A stretch of 61,625 bases of DNA, counting the filler, from Choristocarpus tenellus KU-1152 (lineage: Eukaryota; Protista; Phaeophyceae), in NCBI GenBank assembly GCA_964200185.2. It is 7 parts of 7 records of this genome, joined end to end, with 100 filler letters (N's around TTAATTAATTAA, not from the genome) between each part and the next. Parts side by side here need not be neighbours in the genome. Positions count along the whole stretch, not along the records: positions 46,691 to 58,809 come from CAXNAD020001968.1; positions 58,910 to 61,625 come from CAXNAD020025354.1; 5 more parts are not named here. The stretch is one strand, 5' to 3'. Below, piece by piece: positions 49,801 to 61,625 of this stretch. Numbering within the stretch: the stretch's first letter is position 1; each line of letters starts with the position of its first letter. Both the position numbers and the translations under genes were made by a program. The notes under the pieces were generated by a model. That model ran no database searches. It saw only the letters and a list, made by a program, of their open reading frames with translations, and was not told the DNA's origin.

Positions 49801-52800
49801 TATTATTTATACACTGTAGCACTCAGACGGATGACAATCTCCCCGATGAAATATTGTACCCTAACCCTAAGTTCTTACACCACACAACAAAAAGTAGTAA
49901 CAACTTCTTATATGCACTGAGTCCTTTCCAACCCCATCCCCTGCAATGTGAACTGATCCCTAGTACCAGATACAGCCAGAACATCATTGGGCCGACAATC
50001 TTGAGGGGATCAACAGATACGTGTAACGTTGTAAGATATACGATCAAATCAATATCAGTGTCAATATCAATGTCAATGTCAGTATCAATATCAATAAATA
50101 GAGAGATACTGATAACAGTATGTACCCATTTTTCAGTACCTACCTACCATCATCGATGTCTTTCACAGAAGTTAATCATACCGTTTCACCAATACTGACA
50201 ATTTTATATCATTATTTGGTACTATACCCTCATTAGGGTACTATACCCTCATTCGGTCAACCCTTTGTATCTACCCATAAACAGGAAAAACAAGCATGTG
50301 CTATAGAACATAACCACAACACCTCATCACAACAGTAAATAGACCATCGCAGTAGTCTACATGTCAAAGCAAATTAAAAAATATAATAATCAAACCAATG
50401 CCATCCAATACCCTCTCTCCTCTCTCCCATTAATAATCCTAAACCTAACACCAGACACAGCCATCACAGGTCAACAATCAACAGACTCCAATCACCTCTA
50501 GTGTGAGAATGGCATGACCACGGCTGCTAGATCTGTTTTCAGCTGTCTCTGCTTGTGACCTCGAGCAGCACCCTGCCGCCAACAACCTCTGGATATGACT
50601 CCATGTTTTGACCTTTTTGACACATCACACATCACACATCACACATGACACATAACACATAACAAATAACACGTAACACATGACACATAACACGTAACAC
50701 GTAATACATGACACATAACATGTAACACACGACACATGACACATGACACATGACACATAACACATGACACATAACACGTGACACATAACACATAACACGT
50801 AACACATAACACATGACACATAACACATGACACATAACACGTAACACATAACAAATGACACATAAAACATAACATATGACACATAACATGTAACACATGA
50901 CACATAACACGTAACACATCACACATAACACGTAACACATCACACATCACACATAACATGTAACGCATGACGCATAACGTATGACACGTAGCACATAACA
51001 CATAACACATCACACATAACGTATGACACGTAACACAGGAGGAAAAGAAGGTAATGTGTTAAAATATATATATGTATATATACTTGTAGCAAAGGCAGCA
51101 ACCACGAGACGGAGTGCAAGAGGTTTACACCACGCATTATCAATGTATTGATACATAGGGTGCATGTGTACGCCTCCTTCCACTGAGAGACCCCCTTATG
51201 GCAGTAAAATAGGGTTAGGGTTTGCAGATGCACGCATATGAACAGGAGGACTGTCTTCTGGATCTCAACTTTCTCCAGCATGGGAAGAGAGGGAAGGGGA
51301 TAATGTATACTGCACTCACCATATTTAGTGAACATAAATTACAACACTCAACACTCAACACTCAACATTGAACACTCAACATTGACATATACAAGGAGGG
51401 GAAAGAGAGAGTCATTTTGTGAATTGCCTACCAGAAGTATCCAGAACTAGCCATGCTCCTTCCCACATACTTAGCAGCCAAGGAGCTAGCTCTGTAGCCA
51501 CCAGTGTTACAAATAAAAAACTTTTTTTCAAGTAGCCGACCAACTAATTAATTTTATTTAATACGTAAATCTTCTCGCTTTTGTTCATTTTCAAAATCAG
51601 CAGTCAGTAAAGTGGTATGACTCTCTATACATTTACCGTGAACGGTACAAGGTAATTCCACACATACATACATACACCATAAACAATATTCTTTTTATTA
51701 GTCATTTTACTGCCACCTAAACCCTAACACTATTTAGAAAGCTGATAGTCGGTGTTTAGAGTATATCATGCTGCATGGCATACATACCTTAACTTTGACA
51801 TGCAACATGCCATATCCAGATAGAACACCCATATAAGCCTACAAGCATCAACCGAACAAGACATTTCCCTTGAATGTTCACTCCCATACTAACAATGGGA
51901 AGATTCAGGTTTGACAGAACTCTAATTTTTTGGTTCAAACTAGAAAAAAATAAAATGGTAGCACCATGACACAACAATGACACACGCTTGGTACCCCCCA
52001 TCAACACCCCCACCGAATGCAACACTTTTCAGTGAAATATATTGAACCAAGTTACAAAATTATCTTGTTAGAGAACATAAAAAACTTGGAATTTACAAAT
52101 CACATCCATCCCACACTCAAAATAAACATACCATACACAAATCAAGAAAAATAATTCACATTCCTACAACAGGGGAGCAAGGCGAAACCAGCTTGACTCA
52201 AAATCCTAACGATTGCTCAGTCTGAACTCTCACCTCAAAACTCAAAAATGCCTCACAATACCTCCGAAATCCCACGCAAAACACAGTCTCAAATCACCTC
52301 GAGATATCAATCACAACATTGACTGACTCATCAGACAGTCGTTATCTTCTCACCAACAAGCACAATAAAAAAAAACTCACTACTTATCATTTTTCTTCTT
52401 TTTTGTGGTCTCTCACCTCCGGAGTAAACAGGTTTTCCACAAAGGGGCCAGAGCGAGGATCCTCCCGAACTCGGTAAACACGGGGGTCAACACTGGGGTT
52501 CAGAAGGTCCCTGATCTTGTCATTGTACACTTCAAAATACTGCAACTTCACCTGCGGGCCTGCTGCAAAAGAGATTCGCGGAATCAGAACACACGATGCA
52601 ATGCAACACTTCCAACAAAATAGAACACTTTTAACACATTAGAGCATATGTAACACTTCAGAACATGTATCACACATTGGAACATATAAAACAAATTACA
52701 ACATGTTACATTAGAAAATATGTAACACATTAGAACATACACAACACATTAGAACATATGTAACACTTCAGAACATATATAACACATCAGAACATATGTA

Positions 52801-55800
52801 ACACGCTAGGGTGTTTGCACATCCTATTTCACGATTTGGTTCAAGTTAAGCCTGGAGAAATCAGCAGAACACACAAAAGATTTTTTTTCAAAACACACAA
52901 AACCTCTTACTGATAGTTAAATCTGACTTTGCATCGTACTTCAAAAAAATTTAACAATAAGTAGTTCAGGTGTTGAACTCAGCAACTTGACAATCACAAA
53001 AAATATATACTAAATCAGAACATTTTGGAGCGATTGGCTGTTGCAATTGGGCAGCGAGATTGCTACCGTATTTTTAATGACCAACTGACATTTTACAAAA
53101 ATAACTTACAATAACTATGAAGTGGAATTCCGATTTATCAAAAAACAAGCAGAAGGCAATAAACTTGATGATAGGATGCAAACACTTACACTAGAACATC
53201 TCAGTTTCACACCTCGCGGGGACAGGAGAACAAACAATTGACAAGGTTCAGGTATACCTTCCCACAACAGACACCTCGGATGTACCATAGTTACGACAAG
53301 TCCACAAGTTGAGATTGAGAAGCAGAGGAGAAAGGGTGTAAGAACACTTCTCAACAATGCCTACATTGAACAAACGAGGCCTATCTCCCTTTGTCACATG
53401 AGTATACTTTCATGGGCTGTGCAGATCAGAAGGCCTGCTGAGGGTGCTATCGCTATCAATCCACGCAAACAGCCCATAATAATAATAATAATAATAATAA
53501 TATTAATAATATTAAATGATGATAATAATAATGATTGATAATAATCAGAGGGTAGAGTATTACCATCAGTATGTCGATTCACTTCACCTCCACCTGCATG
53601 ATCAGAACCTGACTCCTTCGATCCAAACGAGCCAATTAAAACGAGTCAATCAAATACCAAGGGTAACAAAAAAAATCATACCCAAAACACAGATCGAGGG
53701 GTAGGGGACACACTACGAAAAGCAACACTTACGTAAACAAAAGAAATATATACAGTTACATTCACCCAATAGGACACCTTCACCCCCAATCCCTCCTCCA
53801 CCCTCCTTGACCCTCCTTCACCTGTAGATTTGTTGGATTGGTCAGCTCTGGCCTGTAGTTCCTTCACACGGCGCAAAACCTCAAAGCACACCCTTGGGGC
53901 AAGACCGTATCCCTCCCCCACAGGGGGATCTCCCAATACCAAAGCTGGGTCTTCTAGCTTGGGACCAAAGACAGAGTAGGTCTTGCCGCTACCAGTGTGT
54001 CCATAGGCAAAGAAAGAGCAGTGGTTGCCCTTCATTGCCAGGGTGGAGGAGAGAGGATGATAGTCTGTGTGAGGAGGGTGTGGACAATAGTCTACCCTTC
54101 AAGAAAATGGCGAGCCGTAGTAGTACCATGACTGGAATACCTTCCGTACTTCCAGTCACGAATGTAAACATGAATACAAACACAAACCCTGACCCTAACC
54201 CCTCTAAACTATAAACACACATACTCTATTCACAGGTACAAGATAGAGTTCTATTGAGATGGAAGCAAGGGATAGTATCCCAAGAGAACCAAGCTTCAAC
54301 TGGACTAGAGCACAAGCTCCTCATCACAATCTCAGTCACAACCTTCAACTCCAACCCGGACCCTTGCTCTAGCCTCATTCTGCTCTCATTTTATGCCCTT
54401 GACCCTAACCCTAACCCTAACCTTAACCCTAACCCTTCAATTTAACATGACGAAAACTGTAGAAGCGACTCAGGATCAGTGTAGACTCTCCTAACCTTGA
54501 GGGCATGCTCAACAATAGGCTCTCCTAGCTCCTTGTAGAGCTTCTCTTGGGCTCCAGCTACATCCAGCAACTTCTTCCCTCCACCTTCAGCTGTCCCTGG
54601 CCTGCTGCCCTTAGTGGCACCAAAGATCCTGTCAAACTGGAATGACCTCAGCCAATCAAATGTGGCCATGTTTGCTTGGCTCACAATTGCTGCTGTTGCA
54701 ATGACCTTCATCAAAAGAAATGGGCAGAAGAGGTGCAGAAGGGGGTATCCTTTTTTACATCCACATTGGAACCTTTGTGATATCTTACTACATACTACTA
54801 CCACATGCAGGCAAGGGCAACAACATTGTCCATGTTTGCACCTTTTCACTGTCCTACCTCATCCCCCCTGACTACTCAATACCAAAATCAAACCTAGAGG
54901 CATCTCCAAGCATCACCATCACCTTCATTGTTAATATTGTAGTAGTAGTAATAGTATAGAAAATAAGGATTAAAATTAAACAGTGTCCTGTAACCCTTAC
55001 CACTGACACATTAACACATCAACATATTAACATATTAACATGCCCGTGACTTGAAAAGGACACTATCTGCCTCTACAACAACAAAGGCTAGGCAAGGTAT
55101 TGAGAGGTGATTGGGAGTGGTGTAGAAGAAATAAAGGGAGAGTAAGGGGTGAGCAACGGTTTATACAAGTCATAACCCACTCCAGTTAAGACAGATCGAG
55201 TGGATGTTAGCTCAGGAAGGGATGTGCTTTCAACATTAACACTCAAACAGCTCAAACATACACACCACACCATATACACAAATAGCATTGCCACAAAATT
55301 CATTTTTGTCTAAGCCACAGCAATACCCCTCTGGCTTCAGTCAGCTGGGATGTAGTAGAGAGTGATAGACTAAAGCTGTACAAAGCTATGGCCTCAAGTA
55401 TCACGCCACAGCAGCTCACTCACCAGAGTGTAAATTATATGCAATGAGCTGGCTAGATACTAAAGACCCTCCCCCCTGTCACTCACAGCATCTGCACTAG
55501 CTTTGAAGACCTTGGGATTCACCAGAGTCAGGCTTCCACCATCTCGCCCCACCACCACTCTCTTGTTCCCTTCGTTTGAGAGGAACGGACGCATTCTGAC
55601 CGCCACAGTCAGTGCATAGGGATCCCTTAGTGCTCTAGTGAAAGAAGAGCGAGATGTTGACAAGTCCATGCTACCAGGACTCCAGGATCCCCTGGCATTT
55701 CGCTGTGCCCCCCCCCCGCCAGAGAAAGATGGTGACAATAATCTGACAGGCAGCATTAATGATGGCATGAGAAGGGTAGGGACAAGGGGGAAAATAAATC

Positions 55801-56640
55801 AGACAAGGAGGATTCAAGAAGGTTCGAACTTCTGAATTGCACTCTGCTGCAACAAACAGGTTGAATTCCTCTTCCTCAAGAGCCCTGAATCACTGTACTA
55901 AACTCCATCACCAAACCCTTACATGAACAATAACAAATCACACAAATTGTTTCTCTTCTAGGCTGTCAAAAAGTTCCAGTTAACAGGCTTCACAGGCATA
56001 ATGATCAATTCCTGACCATCACCAATGCATCGTAGTTTAGTAGTCGAGCCCAAAGCAGCCAAGAATTGACATAGCACATTCACTTTTAAAAAGGTTTTGC
56101 CTACATCTTATCCTCAGCAAAAACACAATTGCACCTCCCTATTTTGTCTTGACAAAAAAAGCATCAACCTTAATCCACATTAAAAAAAATCACCTCAGAA
56201 ACTGTGCTGTAGTCACAACATCCTACCTGAATCTGTGCAAACACAGCATACACATAGAGCTCCAACACGGCCTACCTCCCTCTTCCTTCAGACGTCCGAT
56301 GGGGTGTTGAGATGCCAACAGGAAATCCTGTGGAAGCACCAATGAACCGTGGTGCCCCAGTCTGCCAGCTTGGTGCTGTGGGAGTTTTACGTGGTGTATA
56401 CACCTTCCTCACGCCATAAGACACACTCATTGAGTCGACATCATTGCTTCCTTCCAGGAATTCTTCAACATCTGCAGGGGAAGGGGGATTGATCCTAACA
56501 ACAGGAGATGCTCCGTCTTGGGGGCTCCTTCCCTGGTCAGATAGGATGTGGTCCCTAGTGCTGCCCATATCCCCTCTCAGAGCAGGAGATGACATGGTTT
56601 CCGGGCTGCGGCTTTGCACTGGGCTTCCTATATTGTCCAT
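46869..56640 (-). CDS. Divergent kinesin (kinesin-3-like motor domain), 5' part; exons ~56640-56276, 55742-55487, 54705-54496, 54029-(53822 or 53766), (52562 or 52551)-52417, 50612-50496, 49020-48766, 47712-47569, 46946-46869; 3' part lost in the gap
   Basis: VAVRMRPF, FQFDRIF, FAYGHTGSGKTYS, FEVYNDKIRDLL, VREDPRSGPFVENL, NRSSSRGH, LVDLAGSER, PFRESILTWLLKEALCG..RTTMLATVSP, ETLSTLTYAER. VRE.P..GP.VE and LTWLLK are typical of kinesin-3. Confidence 0.92.
50619..51036. repeat. 7-bp tandem repeat (CACATAA/CACATGA/CACGTAA), roughly 55-60 units, intronic
   Basis: Directly visible; produces the spurious CYVLCVM ORFs. Confidence 0.95.
52620..52804. repeat. ~19-bp minisatellite (AACACATTAGAACATATGT), about 9 units, intronic
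   Basis: Directly visible periodicity. Confidence 0.85.
52809..53187. mobile_element. Possible old Tourist/PIF-like MITE in a kinesin intron
   Basis: GGGTGTTTGCACATCCTAT...ATAGGATGCAAACACTT imperfect TIR; TSD not clean. Confidence 0.3.
54403..54434. repeat. Interstitial telomere-like (CCCTAA)n tract; similar short tracts in many introns
   Basis: CCCTAACCCTAACCCTAACCTTAACCCTAACC; others at 20540, 20856, 24055, 34102, 35169, 49046, 49858 and 61114. Confidence 0.85.
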
Positions 56641-58750
56641 TGGCTCTTCCCTCTGAGTTTTGACCCCAGCGCAAGCGCAAACGTCAACCGACAACATAAC
56701 ACGGGTTTTATATTTTCTACTTCATAGCATGGGTCAGAATTGGACGTGTAAGATAACCGTTTGAGGGATACCCAAAGTTGGCGCCACAGATCCAGGTCAT
56801 ACAAAAGAGCGATGGCCCTAACTTGGAGATAATGCCAACCCAGTCTGCGAACTAGATTTATATGGAAGAACATGTCCGGTCTAAGCACCACCATTAATTT
56901 GACAAAAACCTAAAAATGGAAACACAGGGTCTTCTCTCACAGATCGAATAGAATTGGTTTGGTGGTACCTTCGAGGTCAAATGAGGGTGGTTATTAATCA
57001 ACAGTTTGATTGTTAATCAAAAAAATATCTGGAGTATAATCAATCCTCGTCGTCCCTCCATCTCATTACCTGAATGATATATTCACTACACTCTACCGAA
57101 CCTCTTTCTTACCCACTTTTTCCTAGCGCCCTCAGACCCAAAGTACTTTTTCCAACATTCAAGCCAATTCCGTCGTTACAGGATTTCATCGTACTTAACC
57201 CCAAAATCGTATCCCAATTCCTCTACCTTGGAAACCTTATCACTAAGATCCATAGTGGCCCTCAAGAAGTCTAACACTCGATGAAACAGATCTAGAGAGC
57301 GTCTTTGTCATTCATTGGCGTTGAACCATTTTCGCTGTTGTTCAGGTCGAAGGCGATGAAGGACAGAAGTGATGAAGGGGTAAGATGAGACCAGGTATAC
57401 GCTAATACGTCGATACGTCGTTTGTATACGATGCCACACTAGATTAGTAGTATTAGTAGTATTAGTAGTGTATACTGCACTGTATGTGCACGTACATGTT
57501 TTCATTTGGACACCATTCGCAACGATGAGGATGAGTAAACTTGGTCAAATAATGTATCGTCTCACATTAGGAAATAGAGGGTGAGAAGTACGCCTTGTCG
57601 GACATGTTAGTACCACTGTTCCGTCAAGGACAACCCCAATACGGGTCAAAACGGAGATAGTGGTGGTTAAAATGTGATAGGTTTACACGACATATTGCTA
57701 CAATGAATTGATAGGTATGTTATGTGTACAATACGACTTGGTTCCTCCATAATTTAGGCACTTTTTATCGAGTGTACACACCATCACTGTTGCTAATAAC
57801 GCCTCTAAATCATGTTCTTGGACTAATATGGCGAACATGTCAACCTGCCCTACTCGTTAAATTGATAACATTATCATGTTTTTGAGTACCTAGAAAGAGT
57901 TTCCGAGACTAATTGTCGCACCTATTCACAAATAATGTCTCGTTCTGAAATGGAGTTGATGTAGTATATTATACTATTTATTACAATAATGGTTCACCTA
58001 TACCAATAACTATATATTATACTATATAATGAATATGTTGTCCTATACCCACTATCGTCGCATCCACCAGATGAATGTGCCAGAAGTTCCTGGGGTTACA
58101 GAAAAGATAAATAGCCAAAACAATAGGAAACAGCAAAAATTCTACAAAAACAGGTGTTGCTTCCAATATACTTACTTCCTAATCTGTACTCCTCCAGTAT
58201 ACAATGAAAATCAGCTTGTGTTGTATTGTTCTCTACGACAAAGAGATGTTCTCGCTGCTATCCTCCCAGCCTAGCCCTACGAACAAGATGATCGAAAAAT
58301 TAGGGGGAAATCTTAATATCTGTGAGACCCTTCTTACCCGCTGCCCTGGTGTCTCCAGCTTGAAGCGCATGACACACCTCAAGAGACCTATCTACTTGTC
58401 CGGTTATTGACACTACCTGTCTGAAATTAGTCTCGACAGACGCTTTCCTAGTGTAACCTCCAGCCCTCTCCCTCTCCCTCCCCCCACATGTGTCCCCCTA
58501 CCACATATGTGTCCACCTCATTGAGGAAATTATTACTAACGAGGCACCCATATATTTCCATCATGAAGGTGATGGATCTAAATCTATGTAAGGATCAAAA
58601 GATCCCTTGTACTGAGTGCATTTCACACCTCAGGCGTTGCAACAGCGACACCGTTGCTGGTTGATGAATTGGTCGAGTGGTAAGCTGCTGACCCATTGCA
58701 ATAATAATGACATATTATCATATTTTTATGCCCATTGACATTCTACAGAT

Positions 58751-58809
58751 GAGTGAAACTATCTTAGAGGGTACGAATTTTTCCCTGTTTGTCCATTTGT
58801 GGGGCTTGG
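58751..58809. mobile_element. MITE clan subtype A, truncated by contig end
   Basis: GAGTGAAACTATCTTAGAGGGTACGAATTTTTCCCTGTTTGTCCATTTG. Confidence 0.8.
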
Positions 58810-58909
58810 NNNNNNNNNNNNNNNNNNNNNNNNNNNNNNNNNNNNNNNNNNNNTTAATTAATTAANNNNNNNNNNNNNNNNNNNNNNNNNNNNNNNNNNN
58901 NNNNNNNNN
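58810..58909. other. Artificial contig linker
   Basis: N44-TTAATTAATTAA-N44. Confidence 0.95.
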
Positions 58910-59330
58910 AGGCGTATACGCCGTGCCGACATTCATTATCACTTCTTTCTTTCTTTTTCACCTAGAAAAATAAAATAAAATTTAAAAGAAGCGCACAGCA
59001 CGAAAAAGATGAATAACAATAATAAAAATGATAAAAATAATAAAACTTGACATATCCGTACCAACTTTACAATAAAAGATGCAAGACTAAATTCACACGC
59101 ACTTTTTCATACAATAAAGAATATAAAAACTGTTCTCCACCAACAGCAACAATATCGGTAAAAAATAATGTACTAAAAAAAACAATATATATATATATAT
59201 ATATATATATCATCTTAAATATACACACCCTCTCCCCCCCGCCCCCCTTCTCATCGCCTGAACAAACCACATCTTTGTCATGTCAAGGAACAGAATTAAT
59301 GATCGTAAAATCAAAAAACATCCCACTCAC

Positions 59331-61458
59331 CCTCCTCCCCCGTGGACTTCTTCCCACTGCCTCCCTCAACCTCCTCCCCCTCAGTACCTGCGTCAGTGTC
59401 GTTGTTCCTCTCCCTCTGACTCCCTGACTCCCCCTCGCTCTTGCTCTTCCCCTCACCTTCTGGTTCTCCCCCTGCATCTATCATCCCTGCATCCAATTCG
59501 ATGCACCCCTCCCCCTCTTCTCCATCCAAGTTACCGGCCTTCTTATCATCATCAACAATTCTATTTCCCTCCCCCTCCCCCCTTCCCTCTTTCGTGTGAA
59601 TGGTATCTTTTGTCGCTCTTTCTGAAGGTGAAATAGATGTAACTTCCGTAGCTGCCACCAACGCCTCCTTCTCCGCCGCCGCCAACGCATCTTCTGGAGG
59701 GTTGGTCACTACGGCCTGTGCCAGAGACACTGTTGGGGGAGAGGTGGTGTCCGCGGTTACATCATTAAAAATAATAATAAGCAATAAATAATAGATAATA
59801 AATAAAAAAAGGGTTGTAACGTAAAAGTCAAACGCAGCGGTGAAATAGATAAATCAACTTTAAAAATAAATAAATTTGAACATGACCGCACTAGTAGCTT
59901 TTTACCGAAAAAGACCTTTACTTCAGATCATGACACGGGCTGAGGCTTCATTTACACAGTATATATGTCATACAAGAGAAAAACAGCAGTAGTAAACCAG
60001 TGGAGTGATAAGACTAACAAAAATAAAGAAATACTAGAAGTGCGTCCGTAGATAGATAGATAGATAGATAGATACAATTATCTCTAAATATGACGTGTAA
60101 TCGATATTGGTGATAACTGACTATTGACTGGGAGTGAGCGTGCGCTATTGTGCTTGTGTATTTTTTTTATTGATTATTTTGATTGATTTCATTCATTGTT
60201 TTCACCAGAAGACTGCTACAGTGAAATAAGCAACTTCACTATTGTCAACAAACAACAACACATACACCCATCTCCCCCTATCTATCTAAAAAAAATAAAA
60301 TAAGAACGGAAATAAAAAAATGGATTTGTCTTCAACCGCAAAAAAGATGAAATGAGATGAAAAGATAATAGGTTTGTGAATCTTCCTTTAGTTATGGCAC
60401 TTTCTACTTTCTACCCAAGGGAGAGATTTGGTGAGTTTTAAAACGAGAATTTTACTACTTACAGAAAAAAATAATTTTATCTCTTTTTTATTTCTTTCAA
60501 GAGATGAATGAAAGAGGGAAGGTCCATCGTATATACTGTGCAAAATCTGTTGTGATGGGTATTACCGTACATATCAATACCTTCTATTGTCATTGTACCA
60601 TTCTATCATTACTATACATACCTTCTATTGTCATTGTACCATTCTATCATTATTGCACATACCTTGTACTGCCATTTCATATACCTTGTATTTTCATGTA
60701 CATACCTAGTATTGTCATTTTATATACCTTGTATTGTCAACGCACATACCTAGTATTGTCATTTTATATACCTTGTATTGTCAACGCACATACCTAGTAC
60801 GGTTGAGGTTGAAAGACCAATCCTCATCTTCCCTTGCAGTCCCCTGATCACAAACTTGGCCTGAAGTCCTTTGCATGAGATCAGCATCTAAGATGCACAT
60901 GGACATACACATACACACACATATATATATGTGCATACAGCAAGCATAAGGAATAGAGATTTATATATATATATCAGCCTACCCCCTGACCAGCTGTATT
61001 TATTTGATTCACAGTACGTGTTTATTGGGTTAGATTAGATTTATTGGGGTTAGGGTTATAGGGTAAGAGATGGTTTATATTAGTGCCAATGTATGTATTG
61101 ATCTCATTCAAGACTAACCCTAACCCTAAATCTTCAAACGGTGTCCTCTGTAACACGAACACTTTTGAAACATAAACCGAATACATGGTTCCTACTATTA
61201 CAATATTTTTTTTTTAGTTTTTCAAAACAATAATAAGAATAATATCTCAGAATATTAAAAAAAAATTCCATCGAAATATATATATATATATTTATATATA
61301 TATATAATTTTTCTTTCTTTCCAAAGAGGATGTTGCTGTTGATGTTGTTGGGGGTCATCATGTCTTGATGTTGCACACACCTTCTTGATCTGGTTAACCT
61401 TCTCCTTCTCAGAGAGACTACCAGTGATTTTTGCAATAGCCCGAAATACGTCCAAAAC
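59331..61458 (-). CDS. LIG1: DNA ligase I-like, DNA-binding-domain fragment; exons 61458-61381, 60887-60794, 59729-59331
   Basis: Spliced peptide VLDVFRAIAKITGSLSEKEKVNQIKK|MLISCKGLQAKFVIRGLQGKMRIGLSTSTVLV|SLAQAVVTNPP matches the LIG1 pattern FRDIA..TG..S..KK...IK.L...C...EA.FI.R.L.G.LR.GL....VL.AL.QAV..TPP; phases consistent. Confidence 0.88.
60575..60797. repeat. Degenerate ~20-bp intronic minisatellite (ATACCTTGTATTGTCA...)
   Basis: Directly visible periodicity, ending at the LIG1 splice donor. Confidence 0.75.
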
Positions 61459-61625
61459 CTTCAAACATGTTTACACAAACAACAAACAACAAACAGTGCA
61501 CACATACATGCACCCACACACATGTTTTGTGTGTGTGTGTGGCGGGGGGGGGGGGGGGGGGGGTGTGGTTGAAAAAAAAAAAAAGGTTTTTAGAAAAAAA
61601 AAAAAAAAAGAGAAAAAAAAAAAAA

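Noticed and set aside
50625-51013. Cys-rich CYVLCVM-repeat proteins
   Set aside because: Translation of a 7-bp intronic satellite that is open in all three frames.
54403-54434. Chromosome end
   Set aside because: Only about 5 units, located inside a kinesin intron.
58668-58700. tRNA or SINE (A-box-like TGGTCGAGTGG; similar at ~39560)
   Set aside because: No B-box and no cloverleaf downstream.

Overview
Eukaryotic draft-genome window, most likely a photosynthetic stramenopile and probably a brown alga. That assignment is an inference from intron-rich genes, short TTAGGG tracts in introns, an RTE LINE resembling those I recall from brown algae, and canonical MAT rather than MATX. The window is not one contiguous locus: seven contigs are joined by artificial 100-bp linkers (N44-TTAATTAATTAA-N44), so gene adjacency across linkers is unsupported. 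Complete genes are a 2-exon S-adenosylmethionine synthetase (+, 398 aa) and a 5-exon PiT/SLC20 phosphate transporter (-, 511 aa). Partial genes are RME-8/DNAJC13-like (+), the BMS1 3' half (+), a divergent kinesin-3-like motor (-), DNA ligase I (-) and an unidentified gene (+). The first 18.7 kb is mostly decayed transposons (MULE-SWIM, RTE LINE, C2H2 and piggyBac-like fragments). The most notable observations are: (1) a clan of about 15 short TIR elements in 4 subtypes with mixed 3/4-bp TSDs; (2) a kinesin carrying Lys at the invariant alpha4 Asn, the known 'decoupling' substitution; (3) a 92-nt pre-miRNA-like hairpin; (4) a long-TIR foldback element about 140 bp upstream of the SAM synthetase ATG; (5) clustered GAATCT motifs upstream of the phosphate transporter. 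I found no multi-gene novel system that I can support from sequence alone.
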